DNA of 64,000 bases. Origin: Monocercomonoides exilis PA203. Taxonomy: Eukaryota > Protista > Preaxostyla. Shown here piece by piece: positions 48,057 through 60,300 of the stretch. The notes below the pieces were generated by a model. That model was given only the letters and a program-made list of their open reading frames with translations, was not told where the DNA came from and searched no databases. The DNA is taken from positions 496,001 through 560,000 of the forward strand of contig LSRY02000020.1 in NCBI GenBank assembly GCA_001643675.2. Reading direction: 5' to 3'. The first letter of the stretch is position 1. Each line of letters opens with the position of its first letter. The position numbers were made by a program, and so were the translations under genes.

Positions 48057-48896
48057 ATGGAACCAAGACCTTTTGTAAGAAGATACGGAGCTGGAGTACA
48101 TATCGGAAATTGGTTTGATTTTGCTTAATTGTATTTTATTCGTTGCCTATATTCACATTATTTGATTATTTGTTTGCTTTAGGGTTGAAGAAGATAAATT
48201 AAACGAAGATGTTGCTGAAGGGAGAGCACTTGGAACTATTAAACCCGATTCTGTTAAAACAAGATCATCTCCATTTGTTGTTAAACAAGATTTGACTTTA
48301 ACAGATATGCAATCAACAACAAAATCAACATATCAAGGAGTTCAAATTCCAACCGATTCTAGAGGAAAACGTGGAGATGTCTGCTTCTTTATTTTCAATT
48401 GTTTCATTTTATAATATTTGATAAATATTTTTTTCTCATATAACTTTTTGTTTTAATTCACAATAAATTTTTATTACTCAATTTGATTTAGGTTATCGAA
48501 GATGCTTTTGTGGCCACAGCTCGTTCAATGTTAAAACAGCCCGAACCAGAAAAAGTTGAAATGAAAGCAACTTCTCGTGAGTATGGTGGTTGGTCACCTG
48601 TTCAACCAACAGCTCCGCCAGTTACATCCACAACGTTAATGAAAAAAGAAAGAAGTTACAGAACAGAACAAGGCCCTCCAACAGAAGAAGAGCTTGCCGA
48701 ACTTAGAGAGAAGATAGCTCATCCTCCTCCCCTTTCTGAACCGATTTCAATTTATTGCAAGGAAGATGGCACACAGACTCGCAGCTTGGCTGGAACATTC
48801 TCTTCGGCAGTAGGAGGAAAGACTACATTCCGCAAACAATCTGACTTCACCATGCCAATCGATCAATACACAAAATCAAAGTGGAAAGATATTTGA
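48057..48896 (+). CDS. Axonemal microtubule inner protein with GNWxEE motif, SPAG8/FAP143-like; introns 48113-48182, 48379-48491
   Basis: Spliced MEPRPFVRRYGAGVHIGNWVEE..., STTKSTY, RGKRG, and C-terminal FRKQSDFTMPI resembling SPAG8 FRKNCSFSTPV. Confidence 0.62.
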
Positions 48897-49325
48897 GAAA
48901 CACATCAACTTTAAAATATATTGACATTTTGAGAAATAATGAGACATTTGTTTTTCAACTTGTTTCAAAACACTTCACATCACTTCAACCTTTTCGTCGT
49001 ACCTCTTCTATGTTTTACTGTTATTGTATCTTTCATTTTTTCGTGAAAAAAATTTAAAGTTATGTTTAATTTGGTTTTTGAATATCATTATCAAAAAAAG
49101 CACTTTGAAAAAAATTTTTTCTCGATGCCCTTTTCCTTTCATCCAATAAATACTCTTCGCGTCAACAGTTACTAAATTCAGAAGTTTATCAACGAAAATA
49201 AAAGAGATTGTATTGGATGAATTGATCTTTATTCTTTTCTCATTAAAAATGAAGTGATTTGAGAATGGAAATTGTAACTGAAGAATCAAAAAAAGCAATA
49301 TTAAATGAATTGAATATGTTGCATT

Positions 49326-52300
49326 TTACTCTTCGTCAAGCTCTTCACCTTCTTCATCGTCATCTTCCATTTGGAACGGAATTCCCATCGACTCGAGCTC
49401 TTCTTTTTGCTGTTGCGTCTTCAATGTTGTGAACTGGTCGGCAATCTCCTTCACTCTTTCCATTGTGCTGTTATCTCCATATTTCTCTTCAAAAGCCTTG
49501 TATCGCTTGATCAGGAACATCATCTTCTTCGATGACGAAACTCGTAGAGTGCACGCTCTTTCATACATTGCCCTGCACACTTCAATTGCTTCCCTCAGCT
49601 TCGCCTCCATTCTTTGTACTTCCTCTCCCTTTTCTCCGTCTGCACCTTTTCCTTTCTTTCCTTGTTTATTTTTCCGTTTATTTCCCTCATTTTCCAATCC
49701 TGCTTTTCCTTTTTCCTCGAGGTCCTTCTGTCTTCTTGCCACTTCCTTCTCTTCCAAATCAAAGAACACTGACCACAAATCCATTCTTTTCGGGTTGTTT
49801 GTGATCATCTCTTCAATCGCAGCTCGCCCTCTAAGCAGAAGATGGGCCTGGAAAAAGCAGCGCACGCAGTGTGTGCACAGCTCGATGTACTCCTTTGCAG
49901 ACAGACTCTGCTTTGCTCTGTCAATCAACTGGTCAAAGTACACCTCACTCTCTTCTCTCTCATCCTCGTCTAATATCTCTTCAAATTTGTCTTCCAACTC
50001 TTTCTGCTCAAGTGCTCCTGCTGAATAACCAGCTCCTTCCACTTCCATCGAATTGCTATCAGAAGCCTTCTCCGCAGCACGTTGCTTCTTTTGCCTCGCT
50101 TCATCATCAATGGCATACTTCACAATGCTCCTCCATATGATCATTGATCCTTTCGCCTTCTTTGCCATCTCATCGCAAACTGTCTTTGCAACTCTGAACT
50201 GCCCAGCTCTCTGAAGCAGCTCCAAAGCACGAGGATAGATCTTGTTCTTATTCACTGCAGCAGCAGCTTCTCTCAGCACTTGAAGGAAGACAGCTCCACC
50301 AGCTGCACCTTCTTCATCACCTGAGATGTCAGAAGAAGAAGCTGGCGTGATCATTGGCAGCTTCGCAGATGATGTCATCAAGCGCACCTCAAGTGCAAGC
50401 AACCCAGCCCAAACATCTATTCGTTCGTCTTCTTTCTCAGGGCTGATTCTTGAAAGACCTCTTCGTGCAATTTTCCTTGCTGCGTCTGTCTCGCCAATGG
50501 CAATGAGATGGGCCATGTACCGCAGCCACACTTGAGCAGAATCTGGATGTGCCACAAGAAGTCGCTCGTAGTCTGCTTCAGTTGTTGGTGCTTGCGATGC
50601 TGGATTCAACAAGAACGGAGTGGGACCTGCTTTAGAGGCGCTGACACGAGAAGCAGATGCTTCGGATGGAGATGTCTCAATAGCATTCTTTTTGGTGCTT
50701 TGCTGGGCATTCTCTTTCTGTGCTTTCTTTGAAGATGCAGAAGTTGTTTCAGTTAACGTGTGTCTGTCTGCGGTGATGAATCCAGGGGGCGGAGATGGGG
50801 ATGGGCTTGGTGAAGGTGCTGGATGCACATCAGACGATTCGTTGCCTTCATCGTCGCTTTCATTCAAATGCTCTAATTCATCGTCTTCAATATCAGACAT
50901 GTCAGAGTCGAGCAAATCTTCTTCACCAGCTTCATCAGCCTCGGACAGATGGAAATCCTCATCTTCTTCCTCTTCGCTTTCATCATCTTCATCATCTCCT
51001 GAATCCTTGGCATTTTTCCTTTTCTCTCTCATCAGCTCCATCATTGAATTCATTGCAGAAGTGCCTTCTTTGATATCCAATTGCTGTGAAATGTCAGAGC
51101 CATCATCTTCTTCTTCCTCTTCTCCTTCTCCATTTGTAAAGTAGCTTGGCTTCAACCCAACCCACACTTTCTTTTCTTCCACTGAAACTTTTGTTACTTT
51201 AGCTTTGACAATATCGCCCACCTCATAAAACTCTTTAGTGTCAAACGAATATGTTCCATCAGTTCCTTTCTCAACTTTCGCATCTGTCAGTTCAGAAACA
51301 TGTGCAAATGCAGAGAAAGGTGGCTTCTTCTTCCTCTGAGCAGAGCTGGAATCAGCAGCTTGCTCGTTGAGTTCTTCTTTCGTAACAGGCACCATAAACA
51401 GACCGAAGTTCTGCACACCTGACACACGGCACTGCAGCACCTGACCAACCTTCAGGTCAGCAATGCGGAGAGGAGGAGGAGGGATAGTGGTTCTTGTTCT
51501 CAACGTGATCTCATACCCACAGTTTCTCACAAAAGCAGGCTTGCTCTTTTCTTCGCTGCTGTCTTTTGGCTTGCTTGTCTCAATTTCTTCTTCATCGCTT
51601 TTCGGCTTCTCTTCTTCTGTTTCCATCTCATTTGCACCCGTCCCTTTGAAGACGACTTGATGCACAGCAGCAACAAGTCGCTTTCCACTTGGGTAATCTG
51701 CAGCTGGGTCGACGACATAGTCATCTCTTAGCAGATACATTGGAATCTTCCCGCACAACACATGCGACAGCCACACAATCACTCCCATGCGCTTCGCTGC
51801 CACTTTCACATACACTTCCAGACGCTGTCCAGCTGTCAATGACTCAATGAACGATGCTGGATCATAGAGAGATGGGAGGAAGTTCATGCGGAAGAACTTG
51901 GCAGCTTTGTTGTTGAGCACATTGAACAGCGGAGGGAACGGGATGGCTGCAGAAGATGAATGCTTTCCGCTGCTTTGAACAGCTGTGGCTTCGGAATGCG
52001 ATGAATTAGTGGGGTAAATTGGTGGAAGAGGGAATGGATCAACATACGGATCAGGATTCTCTGAGGTGTTTTTCAGCACAAGAGAAGAAGCAGCAGTTGC
52101 TGATCCATCTTCCTTTTTGTTTGATTCCTTTTCTGTCTTCTCCTTCGCTGCTGTATCAATAACAGCAGTCGACTGCGACAGAAGTGTCTGAGTCAACGGC
52201 TCAACGAACGACAGCGCCTCATCGACGATCTCCTTCTTTGTGGAGACGAACAGCATCGGCGTCAAATCTGTGGGGCTTACCTTTCTGTAGTCAACGGCCA

Positions 52301-54804
52301 CACATTGGATGTAGTCTCCTACATGGTATGTCTGCTGCAGTGAACTGAGCTCTTGACGAGGCTTGCCATATGCAGAGTTGTATCCTCTACTTTCTTCTTC
52401 TTCTTCTTCAGCATCGCTGTCATCAATCAATCTGCGCTTGCCATTCACAACAGCACGTTTGCTTTGCTTATCTTTTCCTTTTTTTGCTTCTTCTGCCTTT
52501 TTGGCATCTTTCTTTGATTGTTTGTTTGAAAGCTGGGCATCTGCAATGTGAAGCATTCCACAGAACAAGTTCTCGCCTTTCTGCGCCCTCAGCATTATTT
52601 TTTCACTCTTAGACATTGCTTGCTGTCTCATTTTGTTCAGCATCTCTTCAATTTCATCTGATGATGAATCGTCTTCGTCTTCCAAACTGTCATCATCATC
52701 TTCTTCCTCATCTTCCTCCTCCTCTTCCTCCTCTTCACTTTCATCTGAAGAATTTTTCTCCATTTTTTTGGTCTTTAACACATTCTTTTTGTTATTCTTA
52801 ATTTGTTTTGATTTTTCTTTGCTTTCTTCTTTTTCTTCGCTCTTTTCGCTTTCATCTACCTCTTCTTCTTCCTCATTTTCTTCCTCCTCTTCCTTTTCTT
52901 CTTCTTCCTCCTCTCCCTTCTCTTCTTCTTCTTTCTCCTCTTCCTCTTCTTTCTGTATGCATGCTTTGATCACAGCCTCCTCACCTTCTGGCCCATTTCC
53001 TGCGCCTGTTGGAATTGTCAGCACAGCACCACACGGTGAAATCGATGAAACATAAGCAACAAACGGCAGTCCAATGCGGATGGGCGATATTTCATTGCAG
53101 TTGTTCGCACCCACAATTTCGTGTGAGTCTGCTTTTGGCAACTCCAAGCTATCCTTTTTGGCATCTTTGGACTTGTTTGTTGGATTCGGGTCAAAATACG
53201 CTTCAGGCAAAAGTGTCATTGACGCCCCAACAACTTCGTGAACAAGTTTGATCTTATCGTCTTTCTCGCTTTTCTTGCTTTTCTCTTTCTTTCCTTTCTT
53301 TGCTGTTTTTTTATTTTTGGAATCTTCATCATCATCATCTTCTTCCTCTTCACTTTCATCTTCATCCTCCTCCTCTCTTTCCCACGAATAATGCAGTTTT
53401 TGTATTCTCCCCGTAACCACACGCCCAACCACTGCAAACGCCTTCCACTTCTCTTCATCGCCCACAAAGTGCAGCAGCGGCGAGCAGTCGATCCTCCGCA
53501 GCACAACAGACACAAAAGGCGACAGCGACACAATCAGCGTCGACTGCGCCTGGCGCTGCCCTTCAAACGAATGCGATTGTTGCAACACCTTTGTTACCAC
53601 CCCTGTCACATGCATTCCAACATACAGATCCTTCAGCTGAATCATCGGATGCGGTGGAGGAAGAGAAGCTATCGTCAATGACTCGGCTTCCTCTTTCTCG
53701 CTTCCTTTCTTTGAACTTGCCTTTTTCGCTGCTTTCTTTTTGGAGCCTGCAGATTCAACAATGGCAGATTCAGAGAGGGAGCCAGGTATTTTGAAAGAAG
53801 GGTCCAAATGTGATGGCAAGAGCGACAGATAGACACGCAGCCTTGTCACCCCAAGTTTAGTCTCAGACTTGCAGATGTCGATGATTCGGAAGATGTGCGT
53901 CTGCCGTATCCGGAAAGGAAACAGTGGTGAAATTGGAGATGGACGCTCGCTCCATTTCTGATATATTTCCGGTCTGTGCTCACCATCCAGCTCATCTTCA
54001 GAGTCATCTTCGCTCTCTTCTCCTTCATTGTGCTTGTGGAATTTGTGTGAGTCCTTCACCTTCATTGCCCACTCATTGTGACCTTCTCTTTTACCCTTTG
54101 CATTCTGACTGGTCTCAACAACAGTGTGCAGCGAAGGTGATGACATCAACAGCTGCAGAGTCGATCGTCTCAGCTGCAGCGGCACACAGCTGATGTGCAC
54201 ACGCGCATAGATGAGGAACTCCTTCTTCTCCTTCTCGTCCACATTCACCTCGTTCACCAGCTTCACATCCAGCTGGTCAGGATATGCCCCAACGATCTTG
54301 CCTTCCACAAACATCCCAATGTGCAGGTCGTCTGTCTTTTTAAATAAGCTGCGGGTGACGAGCTTCTCCGGAACAGCCGGAAGAGGAGGGAGCTCCGGAG
54401 GCTGAAACAGGTCAGGGAAAGCAGCATTGACTTCAGTCCGGATCGACTGCCCGCGCGGCGCCGGTGCCAGAACAGCAAAGACGAATGGCTCAGCAACAAC
54501 TGGAAGCTTCATTGAGCAGCTTTCAACAGCACGTTTTAAAGCAGATGAAGATGACAGCTTCTTCGGTGAAGAGAAGGTGCCACACGCCAAAAGAGACGAG
54601 GAATAGACGAAAACTGTGCTGTGGACAGGGAAGTCGAAAGGTGATGGGGCTGGATTTGATGCTGAATCGACGAGAAGAGGGCTGTTGAACGATTTCAGAG
54701 GAACATACGCAATCACAGACTTCTCCTTTGCGGGTGCTTCTGTATCTTTCTTTGAGGATGATGAGGAATCTGCAGAGTCGGTTGATGTTGAAGCAGAAGT
54801 AGTT

Positions 54805-54839
<35 letters not shown>

Positions 54840-57070
54840 GGAGGAAGAGGAAGAAGAAGAAGAAGGAAGAGATACTTTGATAACCAAATACAATGAGTTG
54901 CATGCCTCGACTGTGGCTGGAAGCACAGATGGTACATTTTCTACGCCAAGTGTCGAGAAAAGATCATTGTGCATCATCATCTGTGAAGATGGGAGTGAGA
55001 AAGAGGAAGAGGAAGAAGAAGAAGTTGAAGAAGAATTGATGTTTATTGCTCCTTCTGCAACAAGCGAGCGGAAGAAGGCGAAGAGATACGACGGGTTAAC
55101 ACGAAGCAGCCCAAGATTCTTCTTCTTCGGCTGCGGTGTGTCTGACGTGTATTTTGAGTTGGCCTGCGAAGAGGCAGCATCCAACACAGCCTCAGTCATC
55201 TTAGCGACTTCTTTGTGGACGCCAATCGGATTCTCACTCGCCATGACAGTGTCTGTTGGGCGTACGGAGAAACACACTCTGTCCATTCGAGTTTTGACTG
55301 AAGAAGAAGAAGAAGAAGAGGAAGAGGAAGAAGACGATGAAAAAGGAGGAAGTGGAAGCGTCTGAACAGTTCCTGACTTCTTGTCAAACTGTTCAAGCAC
55401 GCCCTCGTTATACTCATCTTCTCCTTTCTTTCCCTTGTGCTTTTTGCTGCTCTTCTTGTTCGAGTCACGGTTGACTCTTTCGATCCTCATTGCCCGCGCA
55501 AACAGCGTCTGCCCATTCACCACAAATGCATTGTCTTCAACGCTTCTTCCTTTCAACTGCTCGCTTTCCTCTTCCTCTTCGTCTTCGTCTTCTTCTGAAG
55601 AGTCTTCATCATCATCTTCGCTTTCGTCTTCGCTTTCGAAGGTTTTTTTTCCTTTTTTGTTTCCTTTTTTTGCTTGCTTTTTATCTTTCTTTTTTCCATT
55701 CTTCTTTTCCTTTTTCCCTCTTTCTTCTTCTTCTTCCTCCTCTTTCTTCTTTTCCGAATCCATTTCATTAGCATCATTTTGACCTTTTCCCTTTAAATTA
55801 TTGCGATTGTACACTTGGCTGGTTAAATATGTCCTCGGCACCAATCCTGAAATCGTTCCAAATGACTCCACAAAGATCGATTTAGCCTTCCCTTCCTCTT
55901 CTCCCTCTGATTCATCATCATCATCATCATCGTCTTCCTCATATCTTCCCCTCCTTCCTTTCTTCGACTTTTGCATGACTTTTGGTTTATGCGCTGTCTT
56001 TTTCTTTCCGCTGCTTACAACAGAAACAGGCACAATTTCTCCAACATGGAGCTCAGAAATGCTGTGTGGTGGAGTCACACCTGACTCAGAGGCAAAAGAC
56101 ATCGCATAGTCAACAAAGGACCGTTTCAGTGTGATGCAGATGACAACAGACGGAAACAGTGCAGAAGGAGTAAATTCCTCAGCTGTTGAAGTCGTTTTCT
56201 GCCCTTTTTGTTGTGGGCGTCCATCGTGGGTTCTTTTCTGGAAGGATTCCTTCTCAGCTTTCTTTCGTTCAGCCAATGGTTTAAGTTCAAATTCCTCTTC
56301 CTCATCAACTTCCTTTGACAAAAATAGAGGATGATTTGCGTAAAATAACTCGTGCTTTTTGGATTTTGAATCTTTTTGATTTTGTTCAATTGACTTTGGT
56401 AAAAACTTGATTAATTTTGACACCATTGTTCGATCATGACGTAATATAGCAAAATCTACTTCACTTATCTCTGATCCTGGTTTAAACTTCTCCATCAATT
56501 CTTTCTTTTTTTCACCACAATCATCGCAAATATGTTCAACTGGCAAAAATCCAATTGGATTCAAGCTGAGTTTTGTTTTCGTGTTTTTAATTGGATCTTT
56601 ATATTTCATTGATACATGAGGAAGCCGAATTAAATATCCATATATTGAAGATTGTGCCGACTTTTGATGCTTAAATTTATTTGAATCAAGTTGTTTATAA
56701 ACGACTTGTTCAACGAATACGCGATCATTTTCTTGCTGAAATTCTTTCTTTGACACTGTATATACATTTCCTATATCGAGCTTTTCTGTAACAAATTGGC
56801 CCCATGCTTTCTGTTCGTCATAAGACCAATTTTGCCATTTTGATTTGTCCACTTCAATTTCCTTCAAAAGTTTTTCACACAAGAAATTTAAATAAATAGT
56901 TGTAATAAATCAAATCAGAAATTTTTAAAAGCCAAAACGTCAAAGCAATAAAAGCAAACTTCATTTTGTTTCATCATTTTCCCAAGATCCTGTGGAAGTG
57001 TTAACTTTCCACTGGTTGGAGCTTGATCCCTAAAAATTTCATTGCTTTTCTCTTTGATTTTACGCGACAT
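49326..57070 (-). CDS. RRP5: rRNA biogenesis protein Rrp5/PDCD11 (S1 domains plus C-terminal HAT repeats); intron ~56862-56959
   Basis: S1 repeats (LKVGQVLQCRVSGVQNFGLF, AFAHVSELTD, VGDIVKAKVTKV...VGLKPSYF), PTTEADYERLLVAHPDSAQVWLRYMA, NPKRMDLWSVFFDLE, KKMMFLIKRYKAFEEKYGD. Confidence 0.93.
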
Positions 57071-57374
57071 TAACTTTTCTTCAAAGAGAAATAAAAAGAA
57101 ATTTATTTTGATCAACACATTATTGTACGTTAATTCATAATAGATTATGGTTTGTTTGAAGTGAATAAAAAAATGAATATAACAAAATTCAAAACTTTTC
57201 GAATAAAAATGTTACACATTCAATTCATTTGTTCATTTTTCTTGAAAAATATGTATTGGAATTCACATTAAATTTGAATAAAGAGAAGTAAATTCCATCT
57301 TTTAAAAATCGTTTTTCTTATTTTTTTGAAGAAATGAAATGATGTTGTTATTTATTTATTTTATTTTTAAAATA

Positions 57375-60300
57375 TTATTTAGGCTTTTGATGTTGAAACA
57401 ATGTGCTCTTTGGACGACAAAAATCCCAAATCCTTATGGAATCATCAAGAGAGCCAGACACAATACGAGTCTGGTCTATTGAAATAGCTTCCACAGGGCG
57501 TGTGTGGCCAAGGAGCCTGTAGAAATGGGGCTGAAGCCTCGATGGCAATGATGCCTGTGCGGAACGAGGGGTGTTTGGCAGATGTGAAGTGGGTGATAAC
57601 AATGAAGAAGGAGTGGAGCGAGAGGAAGAGGAAACGGAAGAGGTGACAGAAAAAGGAAGAGGAGGAGCAGAAGAAGAAGAAGATGATGATGAAGAGGAAG
57701 TTGCAAATGGAGTCGAAAAACTCAATCCAGCTGAGCCGAGAAATGCCAAAGGCTCCCTCCTTTCACCCTGCAGCACCTGCGAGCCCTCAATGAACGACTG
57801 TTTAGGCGAAGTATGTTTCACTTTGTTTTTGTCATCTTCCTCTTGTCTGTGTCTGTGATGATGCCTGTCTCTTCTCACAAACTTTTCAATTTTTCTGTCT
57901 TTGCGGTTCGGCTGCCCCTGCCGCTGGCTTTCTTTGCCCATTTGCTGTTTCATTTGTGTTCTTGTCTGTAAATTCACTTCTGTTTTGCTCTGTGTTTGCT
58001 TCGATTTCCCTTTTGCTGCCTCGTTTCGAGTGCGAACGGACAAGTGCGAATGTACTGAATGTGTTGCTGAATCACTTCCACTTGCACTGCTGCCATCTGA
58101 AGCTGAGCCATCGCTTCTCTCTCCATCAGACGAACATCTCGAAGAAGAACAAGAAGAAGAACGAGAAGAAGAACAAGATGATGATGAAGAGCTTGTTTCT
58201 GAGTCTGATTCCACTTCTTCTGTCTGACTTTCTCCATTTTCCTCGAATACCCCTCCATCTTGTCTTTCCCCATCTCTTTTCCCAGTCTCCGGCACAAGCC
58301 CAAACAGCTCTCTATCAACCCTTCTTCTTCTCCACGGCAACGCTCTGCTGCTTTCCGGCTTCATCGCACGCTGCAGCTGATGTCTTGTGGGGGCTGGCTG
58401 GGGAGAACGGGATCTGCCCCTTCTTTCTGCCTTATCATCTCCAGCCATTCTGCTGATGTTGCTGACAGACGGAGGAGAAATACCACTCAGCTGCGGGTCA
58501 GACAATGCATCGTCTGCAGCAGGTGAAGAGGAGCCGTCGTGTGCTTCTGAAATGGAGAGGAAATGGCTATTGTTGTTCTTATTGCTGTGATGATGATGAT
58601 GATGATGATGATGGCTATTATGATGATGATGAATGTGATGATTGCGATTTTCTTTGTTCTCATTGTTTTCTTGTGGAAATGAAGAAAAATCGTTCAACAA
58701 GGAGAAAGGAGGGAATGCAGTGGAAGACAGCTGTGATGTGGAGGATGTGGCTGTTGGTGAAGAAAGTGAATGAGAAATCGGAGGAACTGATATTCCGACA
58801 GGCGAAGTGGAGTAAAACGAGGAAGGAGACAGAAATGAAAGAGAACGAGAAGAAGAAGAAGAAGAAGAAGAAGAAGAGCCATAGCTGCTGTATGCTGATT
58901 CCACTGGACTTGATGTGAATTCATTGAAGTTGCTTGTGCCTGTTTTGCGCATGTCCCACACAACAACTGCACCATCGTCGCCTCCAGTGGCCAGTCTGTA
59001 TCCATTGTCTGAGAAATTGAGAAGAAATGATTTTTCCAATTAAAAAGGAAGAAAGGAAGAAAGAAAAGTTAGAAAAGAAAAGAAAAGAAAAAAAAGAAAA
59101 GAAAAGTTAGAAAAGAAAAGAAAAGAAAAGAAAGTCAGAAAAAGGAAAAGAAATCACAAGAAAAAGAAAGCAATCAAAAATATAAACATTCAATAAAAAA
59201 ATAAAATAAAATAAAAAAATAAAAATAAAAAAGAATCAGAATGTCCAAAAAAGTGACTCAAACCAAATTGAAGAGCACCGACTCCACCTGAATGTCTTTT
59301 CTCAGAATACACTTTTGCGCCTGTGTATCTGTCATACACACTCATCGTGCCGTCACTCTGCCCACACACAATCTAACATTAGAAGTTGGATAAATATTCA
59401 TTTAAATTTTTAATATATATTTATATTTTTAATTTTATTTGATTATTTTATTTTTTATTTCCCCAATAAATTTTGATAATATCAAATGAACATAACAATT
59501 CTCACACCTTCTGCTGGTCCCACTGCAGCGACCACACAGGATAATGAACAGAAATCACCGACTCGCAGTTTCCCGATCCCACATCCCAGAGCCTGATCGT
59601 TTTATCTGCCGAAGACGAGCACGCCTTCATGTTTTCTCCATCCAGCTGCAGGGCAAGCACAGACCCGTTGTGCCCCCTCAGCCTCTGCGGCGCCAAGTTG
59701 AGCGAAGTGACATGCCTGTCAATTTGATAGGTGGTTTTAATCGTGGTTGTCGTTGTGATCGTCGTGCTGTTTGGGGATTTGCGAAAATGGGAAGAAGAAG
59801 AAGAAGATGATGATGATGAGCTGCTATTTTTCTTCTTGTCTGCACAAGGCGAAGAATTGTCTTCACTGACAAAGTGAACACTTGATGAATCTTCTTCTTC
59901 TTCTTCATTTTCCTCCTCCTCATTTTCCTCCTCTTCTTCTTCACTTGACTCTCCTTTTTCTTTTCTATTTTTGCCTTTGTTTTTGTTTTTATAGTTAAAT
60001 TCACCCGCTTTTGATGAATTTTCATATGTCAATGCATTTTTATCTCTTCTGCGTCTTTTGCCTTTCTTCTCATTTTTGTCTCTTTCATCATCTGCATCCA
60101 GAAGCATCTGAATCATCTTCTCGTTTTCTTCTGCTTTGCTTCTTTTCCCCCTTTCACTTCGAAATTCATCTCCTCGTTCCACTTGCCATTTACTTTCTCC
60201 TTCTCCTCCTCTTCCTCCTCCCCTTTCTCCTCTTCCTCTTCCACCTCCACCTCCACCTCCACTAATACCTCCTCCCCCTCTTCTTTTCCCTCCTCTTCCT

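Noticed and set aside
49008-49298. 96-aa minus-strand ORF after Rrp5
   Set aside because: AT-rich 3' region, non-ATG start, no motif.
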